Shown here: in pieces, positions 19,464 through 29,364 of the stretch
How positions within the stretch are numbered: the stretch's first letter is position 1
Layout of the letters: each line of letters opens with the position of its first letter
From: Gemmatimonadales bacterium
GTDB lineage: Bacteria; Gemmatimonadota; Gemmatimonadetes; Gemmatimonadales; GWC2-71-9
NCBI GenBank assembly: GCA_041615815.1
Contig: JBFJCP010000036.1
Coordinates: 1-37,288, forward strand
Length of the DNA: 37,288 bases
Reading direction: 5' to 3'
The notes under the pieces: model-generated
The model's database searches: none
Told to the model about the DNA's origin: nothing
What the model saw: only the letters and a program-made list of their open reading frames with translations
Program-made: the position numbers and the translations under genes

Positions 19464-19696
19464 GGTTCCTCCGAAGGGTGAAGGATCTCGGGTCCGACGC
19501 ATCCGCATGGTGAGCCATGTCGCCTACCTGACGGGTCACCCGGCTCGAGGGTTTCAACGCGCCATGACCAAGGGGGTAGCCAAGCCCTATCTCCACGCCC
19601 GAGGGGCGGGCTGTTGTGAATGGGGAGCCGACCAGCATCGGTCGCCGCCGATCGGCAGTCGCCCATCGCCTAGTCCCTGACCGCTAACCCCTCTCC

Positions 19697-19820
19697 GTCC
19701 GAATCCGAGACTTCGCATCCCACCGCCGAACACACGCGGAGGAGAATCTGTCCCCGGTCGTTTCGTAACATTCAATCTGGTAATACGTTACGGTTTCCTC
19801 GCCGGTGGCATTCCGTTTGC
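19697..19820 (+). promoter_or_regulatory. Sigma-54 promoter module 3
   Basis: Enhancer GTCCGAATCCGAGAC-TTC-GCATCCCA at 19697; box at 19764-19791; TGGCATTCCGTTTGC at 19806-19820. Confidence 0.8.
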
Positions 19821-20006
19821 CCCTCGAGGCATAGTCCGACCGTGGCGCCCGGGCGATCTGTGGCAGACAGACGGTTTGCCAGGGGAGGGGCGAGCGGGGC
19901 CACACCAACCCCGGCCTGGGCGCCCGGCGGACGGGTGGCGAGAGAAATGGGTACGCTGAGGTGCCGACTTCCCCACACCCGGCACCTCAAAAACCGGGAC
20001 GCGGAC

Positions 20007-22421
20007 ATGATCCAAGACCTTCGCTATGCGCTCAGGCAGTTGATTAGACGGCCCCTGTTTACGGTTGTCGCCGTCATCACCCTGGCGCTCGGCATCGGAG
20101 CCACGACGACGATCTTCAGCGTGGTGGATCACCTGATTCTCCGGGATCTCTCCTTCCCCGATCCGGATCGGGTCGTCACGGTCTGGCAGGACAACCGGCG
20201 TGAGAACCTCCCGCTGGATGACGTGGCGCCGGCCAACTTCCTCGACTGGAAGGAGCGCAATCGCGTCTTCGAAGCCATTGGTGCGGCGGAGCCTTACAGT
20301 GTCGATCTCACCGGACCGGATTTCCAACCGGAGGTGATCTTCGCCGCGAACGTCACGGAGGGATTCTTCGAGGCGCTCGGCGTGGCACCCGTTCGGGGGC
20401 GTCTCCTGCAGTCTCAGGACTTTCGGGAAGAGAGCGGGAAAGTGGCGGTGATGGGACATGGGCTGTGGCAACGACGATTCGGCGGAGATCCCGACATTGT
20501 GGGCCGCGCGCTCACACTCGATGGCGATCCGTACGTCATCGTGGGAATCCTGCCGCAGGACTTCGATCTCGGTCTCATGTACAGCGTCCAGCGTCGTGAG
20601 CTCTGGCTGCCGCGAGTGCTTCAGGGATGGGAGGAAGGGTCGCGGTCCAGCTCCTGGTGGAGTGTGGTGGCCCGCGTGAAGCCGGGGACGTCGCTCGCGC
20701 AAGCCCAGGCGGACATGGATCGCGTGGCGGCCAACCTCGCCACCGAGTATCCCGTCACCAATGACGAGGTCGGTGTTACTGTCGTGCCGTTGCACGAGCA
20801 TCTCGTGGGGAACGCCAGACCCACGTTGCTGATTCTTCTCGGCGCCGTCGCCATCGTCTTGCTCATCGCGTGTGCCAACGTTGCGCATCTGCAGCTGGCC
20901 CGCGGGACCGAACGCGTGGACGAGTTCGCCGTCCGCGCGGCGCTCGGTGGAGAGCGTAGCCGACTGATCCGCCAACTGCTCACCGAGAGCCTCGTGTTGG
21001 CCCTCCTCGGCACCGTCGCCGGTCTTGCGGTGGCGTACTGGGGTGTGGACGTGGTGAAGGTCCTCAGCCCAGGAGACATCCCCCGCATGGACGCGGTGAG
21101 CGTGGATGTGCGCATCTTGGTGTTTGCGGTGGGCATTGCGGTCTTCACAGCCGTCATCTTCGGTCTCGCACCAGCGCTGCAGTTCTCGAGCCCGCGCCTG
21201 CTCGAGGCGCTGAAGGAAGGCCGTATTGGGGCCGGAAAATCCCGAGCGCGCGTGCGCGGGGGATTGATCATGGCGGAGACGGCGCTCGCGCTCACCCTCC
21301 TGATCGGCGCGGGTCTCTTGATCCGAAGCTTCATGGCCATTCTCGCCGTCGACCCCGGCTTCCGGACCGAAAACGTGATCGCGGCCCAGGTGTTCTACTA
21401 CGAGGACGGACACACCGCCCAGGACCGCATCGAGTTTTTCCGGGAAACAGTCGAGCGTATCGAGACGCTGCCGGCCGTGCGCACGGCCGGCGCCGTCTCT
21501 GCCGCTCCAGTCCTCGCGGCCAATATCGACATCCGCCAGTCCTTTGTCGTCACGGCCGAGCCGACACCCCGTGCAGGGGAAGAGCCACAAGGCTACATCT
21601 CGGTGACCACGCCGCGGTACTTCGAAACCATGGGTATTCCCCTGCTGCGCGGCCGAGTGTTCACGGATTTCGATCGCTCGGATGCGCCCGGCGTCGCCGT
21701 GATCAACGAGACGCTGCGCCGACGATACTGGCCCTCCGAGGATCCGGTGGGAAAATCGATCCGCATCGGGACGGCGCAACAATCGAGGGAAATCGTGGGC
21801 GTCGTGGGCGACGTGCGCCACACGGGATTGGATGAGGACCCCCGGCCGGAGATCTTCGTTCCCCACGCGCAGGCGGGGAGCGGTTCCATGACGTATTTCG
21901 TGCGGACCTCCGGCGACCCCGCTGCGGTGTTGCAGGACGTCCAGCAGGTGGTGTGGGATCTCGCACCGCTTCAGACTTTCTATCAGACCGGTACGGTCAA
22001 TGGTCTCATTTCCCGTACGTTGACCGGTCGGCGGTTTTCGCTACTTCTTCTCAACATCTTCGCCGCCATCGCCCTGCTGATGGCTGCCGTCGGTATCTAC
22101 GGCGTGATGAGCTTTTCCGTGACGCAGCGTACCCACGAAGTGGGTATCCGCATGGCGCTCGGTGCCGACCGTGATGACGTGGTGCGCATGGTGGTGGGAG
22201 AAGGAATGAAGCTGGCGGCCGCGGGCGTGGCACTCGGGCTCGTGGTGGCGGCGTTTGGAACCCAGGTCCTCTCGAGCCTCCTCTTTGGCATCCCGCCGCG
22301 TGACAGTGTGGCCTTCGTACTGGCCGTCTTGGTGTTGGTGATCGGTGCCCTCATCGCCTCGTATGTGCCAGCCAGGCGCGCAACGCGCGTGGATCCCATG
22401 GAGGCCTTGCGGTATGAGTAG
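20007..22421 (+). CDS. ABC permease 3 (ADOP-like)
   Basis: Begins MIQDLRYALRQL at ATG 20007, by alignment with paralog starts; ends [17 protein letters not shown]. Confidence 0.93.
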   Translation: MIQDLRYALRQLIRRPLFTVVAVITLALGIGATTTIFSVVDHLILRDLSFPDPDRVVTVWQDNRRENLPLDDVAPANFLDWKERNRVFEAIGAAEPYSVDLTGPDFQPEVIFAANVTEGFFEALGVAPVRGRLLQSQDFREESGKVAVMGHGLWQRRFGGDPDIVGRALTLDGDPYVIVGILPQDFDLGLMYSVQRRELWLPRVLQGWEEGSRSSSWWSVVARVKPGTSLAQAQADMDRVAANLATEYPVTNDEVGVTVVPLHEHLVGNARPTLLILLGAVAIVLLIACANVAHLQLARGTERVDEFAVRAALGGERSRLIRQLLTESLVLALLGTVAGLAVAYWGVDVVKVLSPGDIPRMDAVSVDVRILVFAVGIAVFTAVIFGLAPALQFSSPRLLEALKEGRIGAGKSRARVRGGLIMAETALALTLLIGAGLLIRSFMAILAVDPGFRTENVIAAQVFYYEDGHTAQDRIEFFRETVERIETLPAVRTAGAVSAAPVLAANIDIRQSFVVTAEPTPRAGEEPQGYISVTTPRYFETMGIPLLRGRVFTDFDRSDAPGVAVINETLRRRYWPSEDPVGKSIRIGTAQQSREIVGVVGDVRHTGLDEDPRPEIFVPHAQAGSGSMTYFVRTSGDPAAVLQDVQQVVWDLAPLQTFYQTGTVNGLISRTLTGRRFSLLLLNIFAAIALLMAAVGIYGVMSFSVTQRTHEVGIRMALGADRDDVVRMVVGEGMKLAAAGVALGLVVAAFGTQVLSSLLFGIPPRDSVAFVLAVLVLVIGALIASYVPARRATRVDPMEALRYE

Positions 22422-22588
22422 CTACCGGGGGTTGCTGACCCCCCTGCCGGCGCATGCGAGCCGACTCGGCTGGTCCGTGAACCGTGGTCGCTTCCAGGCG
22501 ATTGGATGCGCCGACCCTCGACCCCTCGACACCAGTAACCGGACACCCTAAACCCGACGCCCATCGTGCTCTCCGATCTCCGCTACGC
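22366..22588 (+). repeat. Junction direct repeat copy 1 (permease 3 end, spacer, permease 4 start)
   Basis: Aligns almost base-for-base with 24934-25163. Confidence 0.92.
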
Positions 22589-24989
22589 GATCCGCACGCT
22601 CCGTAAACGCCCCGGCTTCACGGCGGTGGCGGTGCTCACCCTGGCCATTGGCATAGGGGCCAACACGACGATCTTCGGCGTCGTCAATGCGGTGTTACTC
22701 CGTCCGCTGCCCTTTGCCAACCCCGACCAGCTCGTTCGAGTCTATGCGTTGCGCGACGCCGATCGATGGACGGCCTCGCCTCCGGACTACGTCGACTGGC
22801 GTCGAGATAATGGCACGCTCTCGGACATGGCCGCGTTGTATCCGCAGAACTTCGCGTTGACCGGAACGTCGGGCGGTGCCACCCAGGTGAGCGGCGCGGT
22901 GGTCACCGCCTCGATGTTCCCACTCCTCGGCTTCGCTCCCGCGCTCGGTGCCGGTTTCACCGGCGAACACGAAACACTGGGGAACCATCGGGTCGTGATG
23001 CTGAGCGACGGGCTATGGCGCGGGCGGTTTGGCGGGGACAGCACCGTGGTGGGACAGTCGATCGTCTTGAACAGCGAACGCCACGTCGTCATCGGCGTCA
23101 TGCCCGCGGACGTGGGATTTCCACGCGACGCCGAATTGTGGACGCCACTGGCATTCAGCGAAGACGATCTCGCCACCCAGCGCGGCGCGCACTACCTCAC
23201 GGTGCTGGGTCGGTTGAAACCGGGCGAGTCGGTGGAACGGGCTGCAGCAGACTTGCAGCGTCTCGCCACGACGATCGCGGAGTTCTATCCCAGGAGCAAC
23301 GCCGGGTGGAGCGCGACGGTGGTGGGGATGCGCGACGCCATGGTGAGCAGGATACGTCCAGCGCTGATGATTCTGTTCGCTGCGGTGGGTCTGGTCTTGC
23401 TCGTCGCGTGCGTCAACGTGGCTAATCTGATGCTGGCCCGCGCCGTTGGGCGGGATCGTGAGCTGGCCATCCGAACCGCGCTCGGGGCTCCACGAGGACG
23501 CTTGATCCGGGTCCTCATGACGGAAAGCCTCGTCCTCGGGATCGCTGGCGGTGCCGCCGGTCTCTTCCTCGCTATCTGGGGAACGAGTCTGATCGCGTCT
23601 CTGCAGGTGAGTGGCATCCCGCGCATCGATGAGGTGCGAGTCGATGGCATCGTTCTGGCATTCACAACCGGGCTGTCGGTGCTGGCCGGTACCATGTTCG
23701 GAATCCTACCTGCGCTTCAGGGGTCGTTGTTTCACGATGTGAATCGAAGGCTCAAGGACACCGGCAGGGTCAACACGCCGAGCATCGGGCGCGGCCGAAC
23801 GAAGCATGCCTTGGTCGTCACCGAGATTGCCTTGGCACTCACGCTCGTCATCGCTGCCGGGCTCCTCGTGCGAAGCTTCGTGCATTTGACCAAGGTGAAC
23901 CCCGGATTCCAGCCGGACCAGGTCCTCACCTTCAACATTTCTCTCCCCGAGTCGCGGTACGACGCCGCGCACGAATCGGAGAGATTCTTTGCGCAGCTCA
24001 TGGACGGCATCCGCGCTCTCCCCGGCGTCGAACGCGCCGGGGCGGTATTCGGTCTGCCGATGAGTGGTTTCAGCTACAGCCTGTCGACCTACGAACTCGA
24101 CGGAAGGCGATTGGAGCCGCCCGAAGACGATCGGCTGTCCACACAGATCCGGATTGCCACCCCCGAGTACTTCGAAACCCTGGAGATTCCCGTCCTGCGG
24201 GGCCGCGGTATCACCGAGGCGGATCGGGCAGATGCGCCGCCGGTCGTCGTGGTGAACGAGTCCGCCGCCCAGCTCTTGTGGCCGGGTGAGGATCCGCTCG
24301 CTCGCCAGGTCGTCATCGGGACGAGCTTCGGCCTCGGCCGAGGCCGGGCCGGAGGCACGGTGGTGGGCGTCATCGGCGACATCCGCGACCAGGGGTTGGA
24401 CGAGGTGGCGCGGCCGCAGATCTATCTGTCGCATCGCCAGTTTCCCATCGACTTTATGACCATTGCCGCCCGCTCGAGCGGCGATCCTACTCTACTCATC
24501 GAGCCGATTCGAAACCTCGTGGCCGCACTGGATGTCGAGGTGCCGGTGTATCGCGTGCGACCGATGCCGATCCTGGTTCAGGACTCTATCGCGGAACAGC
24601 GATTCTACATGCGTGCGCTCGGGGTATTCGCGGTGATCGCGCTCGTGCTCGCGGCCATCGGCATCTACGGGGTGATGGCCTACGGCGTGGCGCAACGCAC
24701 CGGAGAAATCGGGATTCGCCTGGCGCTCGGCGCTGCCCGGACCGAGGTGCTGTCGTTGATCGTCGGGCAGGGCATGCGTATCGCGGCGCTGGGTGTGGGG
24801 CTCGGTCTCTTGGGCGCGTTCGTGGCTACTCGCCTCATGGCGGCGGTGCTTTACGGGGTGAGTCCTACGGATGGCGTCACCTTTGTCGCCGCTGCTGCTG
24901 TGTTGTGGGTGGCCGCGCTGCTGGCGTGCTATCTGCCAGCCAGGCGAGCAACGCGCGTGGATCCGATGGAGGCCTTACGGTATGAGTAG
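22566..24989 (+). CDS. ABC permease 4 (ADOP-like)
   Basis: GTG start [10 protein letters not shown]; duplicated permease motifs; ends [17 protein letters not shown]. Confidence 0.93.
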   Translation: MLSDLRYAIRTLRKRPGFTAVAVLTLAIGIGANTTIFGVVNAVLLRPLPFANPDQLVRVYALRDADRWTASPPDYVDWRRDNGTLSDMAALYPQNFALTGTSGGATQVSGAVVTASMFPLLGFAPALGAGFTGEHETLGNHRVVMLSDGLWRGRFGGDSTVVGQSIVLNSERHVVIGVMPADVGFPRDAELWTPLAFSEDDLATQRGAHYLTVLGRLKPGESVERAAADLQRLATTIAEFYPRSNAGWSATVVGMRDAMVSRIRPALMILFAAVGLVLLVACVNVANLMLARAVGRDRELAIRTALGAPRGRLIRVLMTESLVLGIAGGAAGLFLAIWGTSLIASLQVSGIPRIDEVRVDGIVLAFTTGLSVLAGTMFGILPALQGSLFHDVNRRLKDTGRVNTPSIGRGRTKHALVVTEIALALTLVIAAGLLVRSFVHLTKVNPGFQPDQVLTFNISLPESRYDAAHESERFFAQLMDGIRALPGVERAGAVFGLPMSGFSYSLSTYELDGRRLEPPEDDRLSTQIRIATPEYFETLEIPVLRGRGITEADRADAPPVVVVNESAAQLLWPGEDPLARQVVIGTSFGLGRGRAGGTVVGVIGDIRDQGLDEVARPQIYLSHRQFPIDFMTIAARSSGDPTLLIEPIRNLVAALDVEVPVYRVRPMPILVQDSIAEQRFYMRALGVFAVIALVLAAIGIYGVMAYGVAQRTGEIGIRLALGAARTEVLSLIVGQGMRIAALGVGLGLLGAFVATRLMAAVLYGVSPTDGVTFVAAAAVLWVAALLACYLPARRATRVDPMEALRYE

Positions 24990-25163
24990 GTGCCGTGGGT
25001 TGCTGACCCCCCTGCCGGCGCATTCGAGCATGACTTGGCTGGTCCGTGAACCGTGGTCGCTTCCGGGCGATTGGATGCGCCGACCCGCGACTCCCGATAC
25101 CCGATACCCATAACCCGACACTCGTAACCCGACGCCCATCGTGCTCTCCGATCTCCGCCACGC
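24934..25163 (+). repeat. Junction direct repeat copy 2 (permease 4 end, spacer, permease 5 start)
   Basis: Copy of 22366-22588, with 8 rather than 7 terminal heptamer units. Confidence 0.92.
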
Positions 25164-27516
25164 CTTGCGCGCTCTCAGGCAGCGTCCCGGCTTCGCCGCG
25201 GTCGCGATCGGCACCCTCGCCATCGGAATCGGGGCCAACGCCACCATCTTCACGCTCGTCAGCGCCATCTTGCTCAGACCACTGCCATTCGACGATCCAA
25301 GGGAACTGGTGGCCGTCTGGCCTGAGATTCGGGTCTCCAAGCAAGAGTATGTCGAGACCCGAGACGCATTCCGCGCATACGTCGGAATCGATCTCTGGAC
25401 CCGGTGGGGGTACACGCTGACGGGCGAGGGAGAAGCCGAAGAGTTGGACGGGGTTGCCGCCAGCGCCGGACTGTTCCGCACCCTCGGTGTAGACGCGGCG
25501 TTGGGACGCACCTTCCGGGAAGGCGAGGATCAACCCGGACGGAATGCCGTGGTCGTGCTGTCGGACGGCCTGTGGCGGCGGCGGTTTGGGACGGACAGTG
25601 CCGTCGTGGGACGGACGATCCTCCTCGACGGTGAGGCGCATACCGTGATCGGCGTCATGCCGCCGGAGTTTGCGTTTCCGGAGCGTCATCGCGAGCTGTT
25701 CGTTCCGCTTGCCATTGATCCGTCCAACACGAACGACTATCCAGCCCACTACTTGGGTCTCGTAGGCCGCCTTGCGGAGGGATGGTCACGGGCGGAAGCG
25801 CAGGCGGAGCTCCACACGATCATCGACCGTATCCGCGCAACCCAAGAAGTGCCGGAGGACTTTGGATGGGGCGCGAGCGTCATCCCCCTCCGCCGTCACC
25901 TCGTGGGCGACGTGCGTGGCGCGCTGGTCATGCTGTGGGTCGCGGTGGGGCTCGTCCTCCTGTTGGCGTGTGCCAACGTTGGTAATCTCATGCTGGTGCG
26001 AGCCACCTTGCAGGAGCGCGATCTCGCAGTCCGCACGGCCCTCGGCGCGGGTCGCGCACGGTTGCTTCGGTCGGTTCTCGTGGACAGCCTCGTGCTGGCG
26101 ACCCTCGGCGCACTCGCTGGTGCTGTCCTGGCGGTTTGGGGGCTGGACATTCTCCTGCGAGTCCTGCCCGCCGAGATCGCCGCCATGGGGGATATCCGGG
26201 TGGATCCGCGAGTGATCGGGTTCCTCGCTCTGGTGGCCATGGGATCAGCCCTCCTCTTTGGTGTGATGCCGGCGCTCAGTCTCTCGAAGACCGATCCAGC
26301 CGCTGCGCTTGTCGAGCGAGGGGTACACGTGCCGGGGCCGCGTCTCCGAGCGCAGCATGGCTTGGTCGTCGCCGAGATCGCGCTGGCGACGACGCTGCTC
26401 GTTGGGGCGGGTCTGTTGGTTCGATCCTTCCTGGAGCTTCATCGAGTGGACCCAGGGTTCGTGGCGGACCACGCGCTACTGTTGCGGCTGGCGCCACCGA
26501 GCGCACGGTACCGAGGAGGCGACGCGCGAAGAGACTACTACGAGCGGGTCGTGGAGCGCGTGGCCTCCCTCCGGGGGGTGCGGTCCGTGGGCGGCATCGT
26601 GGCACCACCCCTCGGCACGAATAACTACCAGCATGAGTTGGAGATCAACGGCATTCCGGTGGACGAACACAACCGTCCCGAGGTAAGCTGGCGCGCCGTG
26701 ACGCCAGACTACTTCCGAGCGATGGGGATTCCTCTATTGGAAGGACGGACCTTGGATGCTCGTGACGGCGTGGGCGGTCCACCGGTGGCCCTCGTGAACC
26801 GTGCCTTGGCTCGGGAGTACTTTGGAAACGGCAACGTCGTGGGTCGGGAGGTACGGACCGGGTTCGACGGCTCCGACTGGGTAACCGTGGTAGGGGTAGT
26901 TGGGGACGTGCGGCAGCAGAGCCTGGATCAACCCGCTCAACCTGAGCTCTATCGCCCGTTCGCGCAGTGGCCGTGGTTCAACCTGACCCTTGTGGTCAGA
27001 ACACTGGGCGATCCCGCGATGTTGGCGGCAGCGTTGCAACGGGAGATCTGGGCGATCGACGAGAATGTGCCGATCTCGGACGTGCGCACCCTCGAGCAAG
27101 CCGTGGCACGGTCGGTAAGTCGACCTCGCTTTTATGCCGTACTGCTCGGCGCCTTCGCGGGTATTGGGCTCCTGCTTGGCGCCGTGGGCATCTTCGGAGT
27201 GCTGTCGTTTGCCGTGAACCTCCGCAGACGGGAGATCGGTGTGCGAATGGCATTGGGAGCAGCGAGGCCCCAGGTCCTGCGGATGGTGCTCGCGCGAGGA
27301 TTGCTGCTGACCGGATTGGGGCTGGCCATCGGTATGGGGTTCGCCCTGGTGGCGTCCGGGATCATGCGCGGTTTGCTCTACGGTGTGCGTTCATCGGACC
27401 CAGTCACCTACGGAGCCGTAGCGCTCGTGCTGCTGGCAACAGCGACGATTGCGACGGTCCTGCCCGCTCGCCAGGCGTCCCGTGTAGAGCCGGTGGAGGC
27501 GTTGCGATATGAGTAG
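25141..27516 (+). CDS. ABC permease 5 (ADOP-like)
   Basis: GTG start MLSDLRHALR; ends PARQASRVEPVEALRYE. Confidence 0.93.
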   Translation: MLSDLRHALRALRQRPGFAAVAIGTLAIGIGANATIFTLVSAILLRPLPFDDPRELVAVWPEIRVSKQEYVETRDAFRAYVGIDLWTRWGYTLTGEGEAEELDGVAASAGLFRTLGVDAALGRTFREGEDQPGRNAVVVLSDGLWRRRFGTDSAVVGRTILLDGEAHTVIGVMPPEFAFPERHRELFVPLAIDPSNTNDYPAHYLGLVGRLAEGWSRAEAQAELHTIIDRIRATQEVPEDFGWGASVIPLRRHLVGDVRGALVMLWVAVGLVLLLACANVGNLMLVRATLQERDLAVRTALGAGRARLLRSVLVDSLVLATLGALAGAVLAVWGLDILLRVLPAEIAAMGDIRVDPRVIGFLALVAMGSALLFGVMPALSLSKTDPAAALVERGVHVPGPRLRAQHGLVVAEIALATTLLVGAGLLVRSFLELHRVDPGFVADHALLLRLAPPSARYRGGDARRDYYERVVERVASLRGVRSVGGIVAPPLGTNNYQHELEINGIPVDEHNRPEVSWRAVTPDYFRAMGIPLLEGRTLDARDGVGGPPVALVNRALAREYFGNGNVVGREVRTGFDGSDWVTVVGVVGDVRQQSLDQPAQPELYRPFAQWPWFNLTLVVRTLGDPAMLAAALQREIWAIDENVPISDVRTLEQAVARSVSRPRFYAVLLGAFAGIGLLLGAVGIFGVLSFAVNLRRREIGVRMALGAARPQVLRMVLARGLLLTGLGLAIGMGFALVASGIMRGLLYGVRSSDPVTYGAVALVLLATATIATVLPARQASRVEPVEALRYE

Positions 27517-27673
27517 GTGGGGTCAGGTATTGGGGACGCAGAGCCGTCGTGGGTTCATTCAATCTTTCGCATGTTGCCTGGGCTGTTCATCCGGAGCTCG
27601 AACCGTCGCGCTCCCGTCCGACCTCCGAAAACCCCCTGTCCTCTGTCCCTAACCCCCATCCCCTAGTCCCCCT

Positions 27674-27800
27674 GTCCGGTTTTGGGACCGGCCCTTCCCA
27701 CCACCGGCACATCGCCGGCTGAAACCGGGCACCGCGTGATCTCGTAATCAATTGTATCTGAGCACGTTACCACCTCGCATCCACTCGGCATGTGGGTTGC
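27674..27800 (+). promoter_or_regulatory. Sigma-54 promoter module 4
   Basis: Enhancer GTCCGGTTTTGGGAC-CGGC-CCTTCCCA at 27674; box at 27743-27770; CGGCATGTGGGTTGC at 27786-27800. Confidence 0.78.
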
Positions 27801-27854
27801 CACTTCTTGGGGGTAATGGGGCTAGGTTTCCTCGATCCCGTGCTGGGAGGTGCC

Positions 27855-29360
27855 ATGACACGCGTATTGGTTTGGTCGGTCCTCTTGTCCGTTACGTCGC
27901 CTGTCCTGTTGGCTCAGGAGACCCAACCCGCAGATACGCTGAGGCTCGCGGATGCGCTGCGAATTGCCACGGCGAATAGCCCCGTGTACGGGCAAGTGTC
28001 CAACAACGGTGGTGCCGCCGATTGGGGCGTCCGATCGGCATACGCCGCGTTTCTGCCGAGCTTCACCCTGAGTGGGTCCCTGGGCTACCGCGGTCCCGGA
28101 ACGCAGACCTTTCTGACCACGACCTTTCGGCAGAGTTCCGCCACGGTGACGTCCACGTACTCCGCGACCCTCAATTGGCGCCTGTCCGGAGCCGAGCTGA
28201 CCGAACCGGGGCTCCGTCGTGCGGAGCGCGACGCGGCATTTGCAGACATTGCGAGCGCGGAGCAACAGCTCGAGAACAGCGTCGTGCAGCAATACCTGAA
28301 CGTATTGCAGGCCCAGGCCAACGCAGCCCTCCAACGGGTGCAGGTGCAGCGGAACGAGGAGAATCTCCGCTTGGCGGAGGCGCGGTTTTCCGTTGGCCAG
28401 GTGACACGTTTGGATACGCGACAAGCGCAGGTCGCCAAAGGTCAGTCCGACGTCGAGCTGCTGCGCTTGGAACAGCTCGTTCGCGAGGAGCGGCTGCGTC
28501 TCTTTCAGACGTTGGGGATCGCGCCGCCACCGGATGTCATGGCGGTGGAGCTCGTGGACGAGTTCGAGATCGAGCCGCTGGACATGTCGCTGGAGGAGCT
28601 TCTGATCTTCGCCGAGGACCGGCATCCGGAACTCGTGGCGCTCCGGAAGCGTGAGGCGGCGGCGGCGTGGCAAATTCGTGCCACCGGATCGCAGTTTGCG
28701 CCGAGCTTCAATGTGAGCGCGGGGTGGTCGGGTTTCGCCCAGCAGTTCACCAATATCGACCCGGTCATCGAGGAGACGCTTGCCGACGTGCGGGCTGACG
28801 CCGACGGTGCGGTCGCGGCCTGCAACGAACAAAACGAGGTCTTTGCGCGCCTCACCAATCCGCTTCCGGCCCAGGATTGTTCGGTGTTTATGTTCACCGA
28901 TACCGAAAGCGCATCGCTCGCACAGCAGATTCGCCAACGCAACGACGTGTTCCCCTTCCAGTTCACGACACAGCCGTTCCAGGTCTTGATGTTCGTATCG
29001 CTGCCCATCTTCAATGGGTTCCAGCGCGAACGAGAGCTGGCCGAGGCGAGGGCGTTGCGGGAAGATGCGGAGTTGGTGCTCCGAGATCGCGCCCTGGGGA
29101 TCCAGGTCGAGATCACCCAACGGTACCACGATTTGGAGCGCGGCCTCAAGACGATCGAAATTCAGCGTGAAAACCAGATCGCGGCGCGGGACCAGTTGGA
29201 GTTGGGCCGTGAGCGGTATCGCATCGGACAAGGAAGCTTTTTCGAACTCTTGGAAGCACAGCTCACGGGCCAGCAGGCGGAGCGGGACTACGTGAATGCA
29301 ATCTATGAGTATCACCGCGCTGTCGCCCTCCTGGATGCGGCGGTGGGGAGGAGGAGATAG
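27855..29360 (+). CDS. TolC-family outer-membrane efflux protein
   Basis: GGAGG RBS before ATG 27855; signal peptide; two OEP repeats (AFLPSFTLS...ARFSVGQVTRLD; SLPIFNGF...ERYRIGQGSFFELLEAQ). Confidence 0.92.
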   Translation: MTRVLVWSVLLSVTSPVLLAQETQPADTLRLADALRIATANSPVYGQVSNNGGAADWGVRSAYAAFLPSFTLSGSLGYRGPGTQTFLTTTFRQSSATVTSTYSATLNWRLSGAELTEPGLRRAERDAAFADIASAEQQLENSVVQQYLNVLQAQANAALQRVQVQRNEENLRLAEARFSVGQVTRLDTRQAQVAKGQSDVELLRLEQLVREERLRLFQTLGIAPPPDVMAVELVDEFEIEPLDMSLEELLIFAEDRHPELVALRKREAAAAWQIRATGSQFAPSFNVSAGWSGFAQQFTNIDPVIEETLADVRADADGAVAACNEQNEVFARLTNPLPAQDCSVFMFTDTESASLAQQIRQRNDVFPFQFTTQPFQVLMFVSLPIFNGFQRERELAEARALREDAELVLRDRALGIQVEITQRYHDLERGLKTIEIQRENQIAARDQLELGRERYRIGQGSFFELLEAQLTGQQAERDYVNAIYEYHRAVALLDAAVGRRR

Positions 29361-29364
29361 AGAT

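Noticed and set aside
19788..21866. Long antisense ORFs (692 aa here; also 27822-29315, 6490-7566, 14805-15935, 16007-17044 and others)
   Set aside because: These are shadow frames of well-supported genes in GC-rich DNA, with no recognisable motifs.
22366..25163. Integron attC sites or a CRISPR array
   Set aside because: There are no RYYYAAC/GTTRRRY ends, no integrase and no cas genes; only two copies exist, 2.57 kb apart, and they overlap coding ends.
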